From positions 1 to 55,957 of the forward strand of contig JBDHAC010000022.1 in the NCBI GenBank assembly GCA_039588275.1: 55,957 nt of DNA. Reading direction: 5' to 3'. This document shows, in pieces, positions 46,117 through 55,792 of this stretch. Positions within the stretch are counted from its first letter, which is position 1. Each line of letters starts with the position of its first letter. Source of the DNA: Gemmatimonadota bacterium (GTDB taxonomy: Bacteria > Gemmatimonadota > Gemmatimonadetes > Palauibacterales > Palauibacteraceae). The position numbers and the translations under genes are program-made. Under the pieces are notes generated by a model. That model ran no database searches, was not told where the DNA came from, and saw only the letters and a program-made list of their open reading frames with translations.

Positions 46117-46807
46117 GCTCGAGACCCGCTGGCCATGCCCCGTCTGCCTCGGCGTCAAGCTCGAGAAGGTGAAGATCGGTGAAGTCGGCGATGCCGGCGA
46201 GGCCGGGAGTCTGATGCTCGACCACTGCCCCCGGTGTGGGGGCGTCTGGTTCGAGTTGGGAGAGATCCGTACGCTCGGCGACAAAGGCCCGGATGCCCTG
46301 TGGTCAGCCGTGGAACGACGGGAGGAGCCCCACCGCGCGCAATGCCACGCCTGCCGCGCATACGTCGACCGGGACGCGGACCGCTGTCCGGCGTGTGGCG
46401 AGAAGACGAGGCTCGAGTGTCCGCACTGTCAGCAGATGATGCGACAGGTCCACCAGGGCGAGCTCGTTCTCGACGTGTGCGAGCGCTGTAAGGGGGTCTG
46501 GTTCGACCACCACGAGCTTGCGTCGATCTGGAGGCTCGAGCGCGACAAGCTAGTCGCGCAGCACCGTGAGCGCGGAAGTGTAGCCAGGGCTGCGGAAGAA
46601 GGCTCGAGTGCCCTTCTCGAAGCGCTGATCTGGGCGCCCGATCTCGTCTTCTATGGGGCCCACGCAGCGGGACACGCCGTGGCCGCAGTGGCGGAGGGCA
46701 TGGCCGCCGCACCCGAGGCGATCGGCGTAGCCGCGGATGCGGTGGCCGAGGCGGCTTCGAGCGTGTTCGAAGTGATGGTCGAGATCGTGGCCGGGATCTT
46801 CTCCTGA
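46109..46807 (+). CDS. Multi-zinc-ribbon protein (two zf-TFIIB-like domains plus one zinc ribbon)
   Basis: Six CxxC motifs, CPRCGGVWFELGE and CERCKGVWFDHHE, and an Ala-rich tail. Overlaps the upstream stop. Confidence 0.85.
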   Translation: MTELETRWPCPVCLGVKLEKVKIGEVGDAGEAGSLMLDHCPRCGGVWFELGEIRTLGDKGPDALWSAVERREEPHRAQCHACRAYVDRDADRCPACGEKTRLECPHCQQMMRQVHQGELVLDVCERCKGVWFDHHELASIWRLERDKLVAQHRERGSVARAAEEGSSALLEALIWAPDLVFYGAHAAGHAVAAVAEGMAAAPEAIGVAADAVAEAASSVFEVMVEIVAGIFS

Positions 46808-46824
46808 ACTACCGCAGGGCTGAG

Positions 46825-48255
46825 GTGACAGATGCACCGGCTCCCCGAGACGGGACCGAGAACGGGTCGGGCTTCCGCCGAGAGCTGAGTCGTTTCGACG
46901 CGATGATGGTCGCCGTGGGCGGCATCATCGGCGCGGGGATCTTCATCAACCCCTACATCGTCGCCCAACGCCTGGACACCGGCCCTCTCGTGCTTGCCGC
47001 CTGGATCGCAGGCGGCGTGATCGCGCTCGCGGGCGCGTTCACGTTCGCGGAGCTCGGCACGCTGTTTCCGCAGGCTGGTGGCCACTACGCGTATCTGCGG
47101 CGCGCCTTCCACCCCCTGGCCGGATTCCTGTACGGGTGGGGGCTGCTGCTCATGATCGAGGGCGGCGCGATCGCGGCCGTCGGCATCACCTTCGCCGAAT
47201 ACTTCCTGCGTGCGCTCGGGCGCACACAGACGGCTGCTACGCCGATCGCGGTGTTGGGAATCGCGGTGGTGGCTTTCGTGAACTACCTGGGCGTGAAGCC
47301 GGGGAGCCGGGTGCTCAACGTGTTCGTCGTGCTCAAGGTGGCGGCGATCGGAGTCCTGATCGTTGCCGGGTTCGCGATTCCGGCGGCATCGACCGGGACT
47401 GTCCTCGGAGCCGGGGCGCAGGTTGCCGATGCCGCGGCCGCAACGACGGGCGGGGTGTCCGAAGCCGCGTCCGCAGGTCTGATCCTGGCCTTCGGCGGCG
47501 CCCTCATCCCGGTGATGTTCTCGTACGGTGGGTGGCAGAACGCCAACTACGTTGCCGAGGAGATGCGCAACCCACGCCGTGATCTCCCGGTCAGCCTGAT
47601 CGCTGGCACGCTGCTGGTGGTGATCGTCTACGGCCTGATCAACTACGTCTACCTGCGAACGCTGGGACACGCCGGCCTGAGCTCCACGCTGACCCCCGCC
47701 TCCGACACCGCGAGGGCTGTCTTCGGACCGGTCGGAGACCGCTTGATCGCGGCGACGATCGCCGTCTCGACGTTCGGGTTCCTGAACCTGACGATGCTCG
47801 CGCCGACGCGCGTCTACTTCGCGATGGCCCGGGATGGGGTGTTCCTCGAGCGGGTCGCCAGGCTTCACCCGCGATTCGGCACCCCGTCGCTGGCGATCGT
47901 GATCCAGGGCGGCTGGGCCATCGCGCTGGCCCTAACCGGCACATACGCGCAGCTGGTCGACTACGTGGTGTTCGCCGATTGGATTTTCTTTGGCCTGGCG
48001 GGTCTCAGCTTGTTCGTGTTCCGCCGCCGGTTCCCGGTGTCCGAGCGGCCGCCAGGGGCGTTCCTGACCCCCGGCTACCCGGTCGTCCCCGGCCTCTTCA
48101 TGCTCGTGGCGTTGTTGATCGTGGTCAGCGTGCTGCGCTCGAACACGCTGGGCTCGCTGATCGGGATCGGCCTCTTGCTGACGGGCGTGCCCGCCTTCCT
48201 GTTTTGGAGACGCGCCTCGACCAGTAGCGTAGGCGACGAAGGAGACACGGGATGA
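46825..48255 (+). CDS. APC family amino acid permease (LAT-like)
   Basis: IIGAGIF, FAELG..PQAGG.Y.YL, FSYGGW, EEMRNP and RVYFAMARDG. Confidence 0.93.
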   Translation: MTDAPAPRDGTENGSGFRRELSRFDAMMVAVGGIIGAGIFINPYIVAQRLDTGPLVLAAWIAGGVIALAGAFTFAELGTLFPQAGGHYAYLRRAFHPLAGFLYGWGLLLMIEGGAIAAVGITFAEYFLRALGRTQTAATPIAVLGIAVVAFVNYLGVKPGSRVLNVFVVLKVAAIGVLIVAGFAIPAASTGTVLGAGAQVADAAAATTGGVSEAASAGLILAFGGALIPVMFSYGGWQNANYVAEEMRNPRRDLPVSLIAGTLLVVIVYGLINYVYLRTLGHAGLSSTLTPASDTARAVFGPVGDRLIAATIAVSTFGFLNLTMLAPTRVYFAMARDGVFLERVARLHPRFGTPSLAIVIQGGWAIALALTGTYAQLVDYVVFADWIFFGLAGLSLFVFRRRFPVSERPPGAFLTPGYPVVPGLFMLVALLIVVSVLRSNTLGSLIGIGLLLTGVPAFLFWRRASTSSVGDEGDTG

Positions 48256-49373
48256 CCGACCCCCGACGTGTGGAGACGCCCACTGAGTGGGCGCCGTACA
48301 TGCACTGGTCGAAGACACACGAGCGGGCCCTCCACGATCTGACCGGCAGCAACCTGCTCCCGCTCGGCATCGAGGAACTCCCCGGAGGTATCGAGGCCGT
48401 CCGCCTGACCGGGCCCAACGATGAGGGCTACACTCCCCTCGTCGAGTCAATCGCGGCCCGGTACGGCGTGGAGGCCGACCGCGTGTGCACGGCTCCCGGA
48501 ACGTCGGGCGCGAACTTCCTCGCCATGGCGGCTCTCATCCGCCCGGGAGATGAGGTGCTGGTCGAGCGCCCGACCTACGATCCGCTACCCGGCGCGGCAC
48601 GCCTGCTGGGGGCCGAGATCCGGCGCTTCGATCGGGCGTTCGAGGATGGGTTCCAGCCCGACCCCGAGCGCGTAGCCGGGGCCGTGACGGCGCGCACTCG
48701 ACTCGTCGTCCTCACCAACCTTCACAATCCCTCGGGCGTGTTGATCCCTGAAGCCACGATCCGCGAGATCGGCGTTGTGGCCGAGTCGGTGGGCGCGCGC
48801 GTGCTGGTGGACGAGGTGTATCTGGAGACGGCATTCGACGTATCCCCTCGGCCCGCCGCGACGGTCTCCGACACCTTCATCTCGAGTAACAGCTTGACGA
48901 AGACGTTCGGGCTGGCCGGGCTGCGGTGTGGCTGGGCGATCGCTTCACCCACCGTCGCCGAAGCGATGCGGCGGGCCCGTGACGTGGTGGATGCGGTGGG
49001 GTCGTTCCCTTCCGAAACGCTGGCGACGGTGGCCTTCGCCCAGATCGATCGCCTACTCGATCGCGCCCGCGAGATCCTCGTCCCCAATCTGCGCCGGCTC
49101 GGGGAGACGGTGGAAGGAGCGCCGGACCTGGCGTGGGCGACCCCGGAAGGTGGACCTGGCGGCTTCCCGTGCCTGCTCGGGACGGAAGACGCCGAACCGT
49201 TCGTGGAGTTCCTGGAGAGGGAATTCGAGACGAGTGTTGCCCCGGGGCGCTTCTTCGAGGCCCCCGCGCACTTCCGGGTCGCGATCGGGGGCGCTGTCGA
49301 CCGCGTCTCCCTAGGCCTGGATGCGCTGGATCAGGCGCTCGCGGCCTGGGCTGCCCGGGTCTCGGGGGACTGA
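48252..49373 (+). CDS. PLP-dependent aminotransferase class I/II
   Basis: TNLHNPSG, VDEVY, SLTKTFGLAGLRCGW and PGRFF. ATGA overlap. Confidence 0.92.
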   Translation: MTDPRRVETPTEWAPYMHWSKTHERALHDLTGSNLLPLGIEELPGGIEAVRLTGPNDEGYTPLVESIAARYGVEADRVCTAPGTSGANFLAMAALIRPGDEVLVERPTYDPLPGAARLLGAEIRRFDRAFEDGFQPDPERVAGAVTARTRLVVLTNLHNPSGVLIPEATIREIGVVAESVGARVLVDEVYLETAFDVSPRPAATVSDTFISSNSLTKTFGLAGLRCGWAIASPTVAEAMRRARDVVDAVGSFPSETLATVAFAQIDRLLDRAREILVPNLRRLGETVEGAPDLAWATPEGGPGGFPCLLGTEDAEPFVEFLEREFETSVAPGRFFEAPAHFRVAIGGAVDRVSLGLDALDQALAAWAARVSGD

Positions 49374-49401
49374 CTCACTCCAGTCGGTTGAAAGAAGAGA
49401 C

Positions 49402-49428
49402 GAGGGGCGGTCATTCAGACCGCCCCTC
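49402..49428 (-). terminator. Intrinsic terminator
   Basis: Perfect 11-bp stem GAGGGGCGGTC/GACCGCCCCTC, followed on the minus strand by pyrimidine-rich GTCTCTTCTTTC. Confidence 0.7.
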
Positions 49429-49463
49429 TGCCGTTCATGGTGCGCCGGAACGGTCGGTCGGCC

Positions 49464-50186
49464 TCAGTTCTGGAAGGTCTCTCGCCCCTTCAGCTCGAGG
49501 AGAACGAGCTCGCCTGCTTCCTCACCCACGTTCGTGGGAAGGTGTGCCTCGGCATCGGTGCACTGCACCTGACCGAGTTCGGTCTCTGGCACGTCCACGA
49601 CCTCTCCGTCCGGTAACTCGAAAGTGGTGGGCATGTCCATCAGGAATATGGCGCAATTCGCGGGATGGTTGTGCATCACAGACGTCTCGCCGGCCCCGTA
49701 CCGGATCCGAATCAGGCGGGCAACGTCGTTCTCGAACTCTACCGAGTAATGGTCGGGGTCGGCCGTCACCGCATCGGGATGCTCGAAGGTGGCCGAACCC
49801 GCCATCGCCCCCTCCTTGAACTCGACGAGGATCGCCACCCCCGCTTCGGCGCCCACGTTCGCGGGATTATGGACGACGGGGTCGAAGCAGGTGAGCTCCC
49901 CGACAGCCTGGCCGATCTCGACGACGGCTCCCTCGGTATCCGTCATCTCCCACGAGCCAGGACTGAGCGCGATGGCGCAGTGGGCGGGGTGTGTGTGCAT
50001 GACGGATTGCTCCCCCGCGCCGTAGGAGACCCGCAGCAGGCGAACGGCGTCGTTCTCGAACTCGACCGAGTAGTGCGCCGGGTCGGCCGTAACCGAATCC
50101 GTGTACTCCTCCGGTGCGGGGGCTTCACCGGCGCAGCTGATGGAGAACGCGGCAAGGGCGATCGGGAACAGCTTCGCGGGACGCAT
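49464..50186 (-). CDS. Lipoprotein with two tandem cupin domains
   Basis: AGGAGG RBS, lipobox SISC, and duplicated VTADP.HYSVEFEND...YGAGE.SVMHxHP. Confidence 0.85.
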   Translation of the reverse strand: MRPAKLFPIALAAFSISCAGEAPAPEEYTDSVTADPAHYSVEFENDAVRLLRVSYGAGEQSVMHTHPAHCAIALSPGSWEMTDTEGAVVEIGQAVGELTCFDPVVHNPANVGAEAGVAILVEFKEGAMAGSATFEHPDAVTADPDHYSVEFENDVARLIRIRYGAGETSVMHNHPANCAIFLMDMPTTFELPDGEVVDVPETELGQVQCTDAEAHLPTNVGEEAGELVLLELKGRETFQN

Positions 50187-50332
50187 ACTGGTACCTCCTG
50201 TGGCATGGTGCGGACGGACTCTCGACGGAGACGGAGTCGTTAGTCGCTGGCGGGGTAGAGTGCAGGGTGCGGATCGCGACGGCAAGACGCGCCGCGCTGC
50301 GAGTCGAGCCCAGCGGTGGCGAGGCGGGTCTC

Positions 50333-51283
50333 TCAAGACGTTACTGTTGCGCTACTTCCCACCCTCGTGAGCCAGCCGTGATCATCCGGCGTCTTGCCCG
50401 TCACCGTATCCATGTACGCGGCCTGCAGCTGCCTCGTCACGGGTCCGGCCCGCCCGGTACCGATCGTGATCCGGTCGACGCTCCGGACGGGTGTCACTTC
50501 CGAGGCCGTGCCGGTCAGAAACAGCTCATCGGCCGTATACAGGCTCTCCCGCGGGACCGGCTCCTCACGGACCTCGAGGCCGTCCTCTCGGGCCAGAGCG
50601 ATCACCGTATCGCGGGTGATACCCTCGAGCACCGTGCCGTCCAGGACGGGGGTAACGATCGCCCCATCCCGCACCAGGAACAGGTTCTGCCCGGAGGCCT
50701 CGCTCACGAGCCCGGACGGACCGAGCGCGATTCCCTCGGCAAAGCCGTCCGCCAACGCTTCCATCTTGATGAGTTGGGCGTTGTTGTAATGGCCGGCCGA
50801 CTTGGCCTGGACGGGGAACGTGTTCGGCCGCGGTCGGGCCCAGCTGGATACGCGCACATCCACCCCCCGCTCCAGGGCTCCCTCACCCAGATACGTGCCC
50901 CACGCCCAGGTGGCGATATAGGTCTCGATCGGGCTCCCGGTCGGGTCGAGTCCCGGCGCGCCGTATCCCCGGAGCACCATCGGTCGCAGGTAGCAGTCCT
51001 CGAGACCGTTCTCGACGACCAGCTGCCGGCAGGCTTCGCTCAGCTCGTCCAACGAGTGGGCGGGGGCGAGTCGGTACGTGGCACAGGAGCGAACGAGCCG
51101 CCGCAGGTGGTCTTCGAGCCGGAAGATCGCGGGTCCGTCATCCGTCTTGTAGCAGCGGATTCCCTCGAAGGCGGACGAGCCGAACTGAACCGCCAGGCTC
51201 AGGAGGTGGACCTGGGCATCGGCCCAGGGGATCAGGGATCCGTCCTTCCAGATCCAGCGCGCTTCCGGGAATGATGTCGACAT
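50333..51283 (-). CDS. ilvE: Branched-chain amino acid aminotransferase
   Basis: FEGIRCY, YLRP, AKSAGHY, SEASGQNLF, LEGITR and ELFLTGTASEVTPV. Confidence 0.9.
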   Translation of the reverse strand: MSTSFPEARWIWKDGSLIPWADAQVHLLSLAVQFGSSAFEGIRCYKTDDGPAIFRLEDHLRRLVRSCATYRLAPAHSLDELSEACRQLVVENGLEDCYLRPMVLRGYGAPGLDPTGSPIETYIATWAWGTYLGEGALERGVDVRVSSWARPRPNTFPVQAKSAGHYNNAQLIKMEALADGFAEGIALGPSGLVSEASGQNLFLVRDGAIVTPVLDGTVLEGITRDTVIALAREDGLEVREEPVPRESLYTADELFLTGTASEVTPVRSVDRITIGTGRAGPVTRQLQAAYMDTVTGKTPDDHGWLTRVGSSATVTS

Positions 51284-51341
51284 CGGCTACCTCGAGACGA
51301 GTTCCTGGGAGAACTGGGGATAGCTCAAGCGGCTAGATCGG

Positions 51342-52766
51342 TCAACGGTGGGCGAGCTCCCGCTGTTCGCGCAGCACGCCGGCCCGCATCACGTGCGTCA
51401 GGCTGCGAAACGCCCGCACATCTTCGTTCGGGTTCTCCTCCAGCACGATGAGGTCGGCGATCTTCCCGGCTTCGAGCGTACCGATATCGTCGAGCCGGTT
51501 CATGGCGACCGCCCCGTTGCGGGTTGACATGACCACGATGTCGGGCGCGCTGATTCCGGCCGCCTGCATGGCCTCCATCTCGTTGTAGATGGAGGGGCCG
51601 TGCAGCGTGAGCGGGTTACCGGCATCGGTCGCGGTGGCGATCGTGATCCCCGCCTCGTGTACGCGGCGCAGGTTCTCGTTCATGGTGGCGAGCGTCATCC
51701 CACCGCGCTCCAGCCGGCGGTAGAACGCCTCGGGGGACCGCTGGGTCTCCGGCATCAGCGCCTGCAGCTCCGCGGTCTGCTGGAGCTTCGCGAGGGTGCC
51801 CGGATCGACGCAGCCGTTGGGATCATCGATCTCGGGCGGCAGGTCGAGGGCCAACGCGCCGCGCGCACGCGTCCAGAACCCGCCAACCACGAGAGTGGGG
51901 GCATAGACCGCCTCGTTCCGCCGCAGGAGCCCGAGGAACTCCTCGTCGACGTGCTCGTTCTGAACGCTGTGGACGAGCAGCTTCGCGCCCGCCCGCAGGG
52001 CCATCTTCGCTTCCCGCAGCGAGGTCGCGTGTACGATCAGCTCGAGCCCGGCGGCTCCCGCCTCCTCACCGATCTGCAGGAGCCTCGCATCCAGCTCATC
52101 ACGCCGGTCCGCAGGCGGACGCAGATACCACACCTTCGCCGCTGTCGCCCCCATCTCGACCACTTTCCGAACGCTCTCCGAAACCTCCTCGGGGGTGTCC
52201 ATGGGCAGGAAGGTGTACAGCTCGTCGTCTGCCATCAGCGCCGAGCGGGTCGCATGCGTGATCAGCGGTCCCGCGGCGCGAACGTGCGCGGCGTCCGGGT
52301 CGTTCTCCGACACCGCGGGCAGCCCGGTGGTCCACGGGTGACCGCCCACGTCGTACACCGCCGTGATGCCGCTACACAGGTACGACCGGTGCCAGCGCTC
52401 GGGGTGATCCCGGTTGTATCGTGATGTCTCCAGATACGGATACAGGTCGGGCGCCTGCAGTCCGTCGGGCCGCCCATCGATCCACCCCGTCTGACTGAAG
52501 TGCACGTGGGCGTCCACCAGACCGGGCGTGATGTAGCGGCCCGCCACGTCCACCAGATTCGCCCCATCCGGAACGGGGCAATCGGCGGCGGACCCGACGC
52601 AGGTCAGCCGGTCGCCCTCTACCAGGACGACCCCCTCCGCGATCGCCGGAGCGCCCGTTCCGTCGATCACGGCGGCGCCCACGAGCGCGATGGTTTGGCC
52701 GATGCCCGGCCCGGGCGGTCGAAGCGCGAACAGGACCAGTGCGAAGGTGACTATGCGTGTAGCCAT
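51342..52766 (-). CDS. Exported metal-dependent amidohydrolase
   Basis: Signal peptide, IDGTG, PGLVDAHVH, VHA, LVHS, ATDAG and GKIADL. Confidence 0.9.
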   Translation of the reverse strand: MATRIVTFALVLFALRPPGPGIGQTIALVGAAVIDGTGAPAIAEGVVLVEGDRLTCVGSAADCPVPDGANLVDVAGRYITPGLVDAHVHFSQTGWIDGRPDGLQAPDLYPYLETSRYNRDHPERWHRSYLCSGITAVYDVGGHPWTTGLPAVSENDPDAAHVRAAGPLITHATRSALMADDELYTFLPMDTPEEVSESVRKVVEMGATAAKVWYLRPPADRRDELDARLLQIGEEAGAAGLELIVHATSLREAKMALRAGAKLLVHSVQNEHVDEEFLGLLRRNEAVYAPTLVVGGFWTRARGALALDLPPEIDDPNGCVDPGTLAKLQQTAELQALMPETQRSPEAFYRRLERGGMTLATMNENLRRVHEAGITIATATDAGNPLTLHGPSIYNEMEAMQAAGISAPDIVVMSTRNGAVAMNRLDDIGTLEAGKIADLIVLEENPNEDVRAFRSLTHVMRAGVLREQRELAHR

Positions 52767-52776
52767 GACGGTTCCC

Positions 52777-53208
52777 TCAGGGTCGGAGCAGCATCCAGGT
52801 GAGGTCGGGTTCGAAGCGGGCGAAGTCCGTGTCTGTGCTCACCCATTCCGCCTGAGCCTCGATCGCCAGCGCCGCGAGATACGCATCCGGGACAAGGTTG
52901 CCCTCGATCCCCGTTTCACGACAGAGACGCTCGAAGATCCCCCAATGGTGGGCGCCCGGCATGATCGAGACCCCGTTCGGGCGGGCTCGGATCTCATCCG
53001 CGAACTCGAGCGCCAGCGAGATCGGTGTCGGGGTTCGGTAGATGCGGGGATGCGTCACGATTCGCACGAAGGCGCTCAGGACCCACTCGCAGTAGAGGAA
53101 GGTGGCCCTGCCCGTGAGCAGCTCGATCAACCAGCCACGATAGAAGTCGTGGTCCGGGTTCTCCGCCCGGTGAGCGTGGACCAGGACGTTGACGTCGAAC
53201 AGTCTCAC
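52777..53208 (-). CDS. vapC: PIN-domain toxin VapC
   Basis: FDVNVLVHA, FVRIVTHPR, VPDAYLAALA and STDTDFARF. Confidence 0.92.
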   Translation of the reverse strand: MRLFDVNVLVHAHRAENPDHDFYRGWLIELLTGRATFLYCEWVLSAFVRIVTHPRIYRTPTPISLALEFADEIRARPNGVSIMPGAHHWGIFERLCRETGIEGNLVPDAYLAALAIEAQAEWVSTDTDFARFEPDLTWMLLRP

Positions 53209-53465
53209 GTGTGCGAGTCGGGGTCCCCCCGAAGTTCCATGGAGTCGAGGAGGCCGGCGGAGTTGTCGATGTCGATCCCATCGCGCACGCCATCTCCCAG
53301 GAAGGCGGGGAGCGACAGGCTCCTGGGCGACTGAGCCCCTCGCTCTCGTTGAAGTAGCGCGACCACCGCGTCTCGGATGAGCTGCGTCAGTGACCGCTGC
53401 GTGTCGATCGCGTGCCGCTTGGCATCGGCGAGTAAGGCATCGTCCATCCGAATCGTCGTGCGCAT
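53205..53465 (-). CDS. vapB: Ribbon-helix-helix antitoxin VapB
   Basis: MRTTIRMDDALL...SLTQLIRDAV. GTGA overlap with vapC. Confidence 0.9.
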   Translation of the reverse strand: MRTTIRMDDALLADAKRHAIDTQRSLTQLIRDAVVALLQRERGAQSPRSLSLPAFLGDGVRDGIDIDNSAGLLDSMELRGDPDSHT

Positions 53466-53471
53466 GCCAAC

Positions 53472-53499
53472 AAGTTATGTCATGACATATTTATGTCAA
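53472..53499 (-). promoter_or_regulatory. Sigma70 promoter with overlapping palindromic operator for vapBC
   Basis: Minus strand TTGACA-N16-TAACTT-N6-ATG. Perfect palindrome TATGTCATGACATA at 53476-53489 and a third half-site at 53492-53498. Confidence 0.75.
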
Positions 53500-53743
53500 C
53501 ATGATCCGGTGTTGGAGTTCAGGCTACGTCCCATCATCAACGGGACTTCAAGCGAGATGCTCCCGGGGCGAGTCTCGAAGCCCGATCCCCACGAGCACCT
53601 TGATCCAGCAACTAGCCAGGCGTCAACTTCACGATGCAGCGATCCAATGCCGAAATTCCGCTCGGTGGCACCGGTCGTCACGATGAGATGTGTCAGACGG
53701 TGAGAGTGCCTCGAGCGAGCGAGGCCGATCTGATGAGGCCGTC

Positions 53744-55765
53744 ATGAAATCGAAGACTGTGAGACCTGTCGTCTCGGCGGGCTGTCTTTCCGTCGCATTC
53801 GCCTACCCATGGTTGGTTCTTGTCACCGGGTGTGGTGGCGCGCCGGCTCCCATCGACTACTCGGGACCCACCGCAGAGTGGGTGGATTATGGGAATACGG
53901 CGGGAGGCGACCGCTACTCCCCCCTCACCCAAATCACTCCTCAGAACGTGGAGCAGCTCGAGATCGCCTGGACCTACCACACGGGGGATGTATCGGATGG
54001 CAGGGGGGAGGTCCGCTCGGGCAGCACCTTCGAGGCGACACCCATCCTCGTGGACGGCACGATGTACGTGTGCACCCCATTCAATCGGGTTATCGCTCTC
54101 GACCCGGAGACGGGCGAAGAACGTTGGACGTACGATCCGAAGACCGATCTCTCGGGTTCCTACGGGAATCAGCTCGTGTGCCGCGGCGTATCGACGTGGT
54201 TGGATCCCGGTGTGGAAGAGACGGAGTCGGCTCCTTGTCGCCGGCGGATCTTCACCGCCACCAACGACGCCCGGCTCATCGCACTCGACGCGGCGGATGG
54301 CGCCCCGTGCGAGGACTTCGGAGCCGCGGGAGTGATCGACCTCAATGCGGGTGTGGGCGAGGCACTGTGGCTCGGCGAGTACCAGGTCACGTCGCCGCCG
54401 GCCATCGCGGGCGAGCTCGTGATCGTGGGCTCCGCCGTGGCCGACAACGTGCGGCTGGATGCGCCGAGCGGTGTTGTACGGGCGTACGACGTGCGGAGCG
54501 GGGAGCTCCGCTGGGCCTGGGACCTCGCGCCACCCATGGAGGTCCCCGATGCCCTGTATGCGGCCGAGACGGGGTATATGCTCGGCACGCCGAACGTGTG
54601 GGCCCCGTTCAGCGTGGATGAGGAGCGGGATCTGCTTTTCGTGCCCACCGGCAATCCGACACCCGACTACTACGCCGGCCAGCGCAACGGCAGCGACTAC
54701 TACGGGAGCTCGGTTGTCGCTCTGCGCGCGTCGACCGGCGAGGTCGTGTGGCACTTCCAGACCGTCCACAACGACGTATGGGACTACGACGTGCCCGCTC
54801 AGCCGACGCTCACGAACATCCAGCGCGAGGGGAGGGCTATCCCCGCCGTTGTGCAGGCGACCAAGATGGGTATTCTGTTCACCTTCGACCGGGTGACGGG
54901 CGAGCCCCTATTCCCGATCGAAGAGCGCCCGGTCCCGCAGAGCACCGTGCCGGGTGAGAAGACCTCGCCCACACAGCCATTCCCGGTCAAGCCTCCGCCC
55001 CTCGTCCCGCACGAGTTGTCGTTGGACGACGTGTGGGGACTCACGCCATGGGACCGAAAAGGCTGTCGGAGGAAGCTCGAGGCCGCGCACTACGAGGGCA
55101 TCTACACCCCGCCAGAGCTCCGGCAGGGGACCATCAACTATCCGGGCACGGCCGGGGGCTCGAACTGGGGTGGCGTCGCGGTCGACCCCGAGCGGCAGGT
55201 CGTGATCGCGAACGTGATGAACCTGGCGTGGGTCGTCTCGCTGGTCCCGGCAGACGAATTTGATGAGACACGCCGAGCGAACCCCGGCGTCGAGTTTGGC
55301 CCCCAACGCGGCACCCCGTACGGGATGCGCAGGGAGATGCTGATGTCGACGTTCGACCTCCCCTGCAATCCTCCGCCCTGGGGCACGCTCGCCTCGGTGG
55401 ACCTGGGGACGGGCGACATCCTGTGGCAGGTGAAGCTGGGGACGATCCGCGATCTGGCCCCGATCCCCATCGCTTTGAAGGTCGGAGTGCCGAGTCTCGG
55501 CGGGCCGATCGTGACCGCCAGCGGCCTCGTGTTCATCGGAGCCGCGGTCGACGACTACTTGCGCGCCTTCGACACCGAGACCGGCGAGGAGTTGTGGCGG
55601 GGACGGCTGCCGGCGGGCGGCCAGGCCACACCGATGACGTACCGGATCAGCGAGACCGGAAAGCAGTACGTCGTGATCGCGGCAGGCGGCCACGGCCGTG
55701 CCGAGACCACCCTGGGCGATGCGATCGTCGCCTTCGCCCTGCCGGATGAGTCAGGCACGGACTAG
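53744..55765 (+). CDS. PQQ-dependent dehydrogenase (glucose/quinate/shikimate family), probable lipoprotein (alternative start 53690)
   Basis: VTGC, RYSPLTQI, FEATP, CRGV, FQTVHNDVWDYD, GGSNWGG, PPWG and GGQATPMTY. Confidence 0.93.
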   Translation: MKSKTVRPVVSAGCLSVAFAYPWLVLVTGCGGAPAPIDYSGPTAEWVDYGNTAGGDRYSPLTQITPQNVEQLEIAWTYHTGDVSDGRGEVRSGSTFEATPILVDGTMYVCTPFNRVIALDPETGEERWTYDPKTDLSGSYGNQLVCRGVSTWLDPGVEETESAPCRRRIFTATNDARLIALDAADGAPCEDFGAAGVIDLNAGVGEALWLGEYQVTSPPAIAGELVIVGSAVADNVRLDAPSGVVRAYDVRSGELRWAWDLAPPMEVPDALYAAETGYMLGTPNVWAPFSVDEERDLLFVPTGNPTPDYYAGQRNGSDYYGSSVVALRASTGEVVWHFQTVHNDVWDYDVPAQPTLTNIQREGRAIPAVVQATKMGILFTFDRVTGEPLFPIEERPVPQSTVPGEKTSPTQPFPVKPPPLVPHELSLDDVWGLTPWDRKGCRRKLEAAHYEGIYTPPELRQGTINYPGTAGGSNWGGVAVDPERQVVIANVMNLAWVVSLVPADEFDETRRANPGVEFGPQRGTPYGMRREMLMSTFDLPCNPPPWGTLASVDLGTGDILWQVKLGTIRDLAPIPIALKVGVPSLGGPIVTASGLVFIGAAVDDYLRAFDTETGEELWRGRLPAGGQATPMTYRISETGKQYVVIAAGGHGRAETTLGDAIVAFALPDESGTD

Positions 55766-55766
55766 G

Positions 55767-55792
55767 TGTGTGTCGCAAGGACATTGGTGACC
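55767..55792 (+). mobile_element. Possible IS481-type terminal inverted repeat (left end)
   Basis: TGTGTGTCGCAAGGACATTGGTGAC right after the PQQ-DH stop. No transposase is visible before the window end. Confidence 0.3.

Noticed and set aside
44637..47868. Long antisense ORFs (395 aa at 44637-45824, 405 aa at 46651-47868) and similar ones elsewhere
   Set aside because: Mirror frames of well-supported genes, caused by GC3 bias.
53500..53743. Small ORFs between vapB and the PQQ dehydrogenase
   Set aside because: No RBS, no codon bias and no recognisable motifs in any frame.
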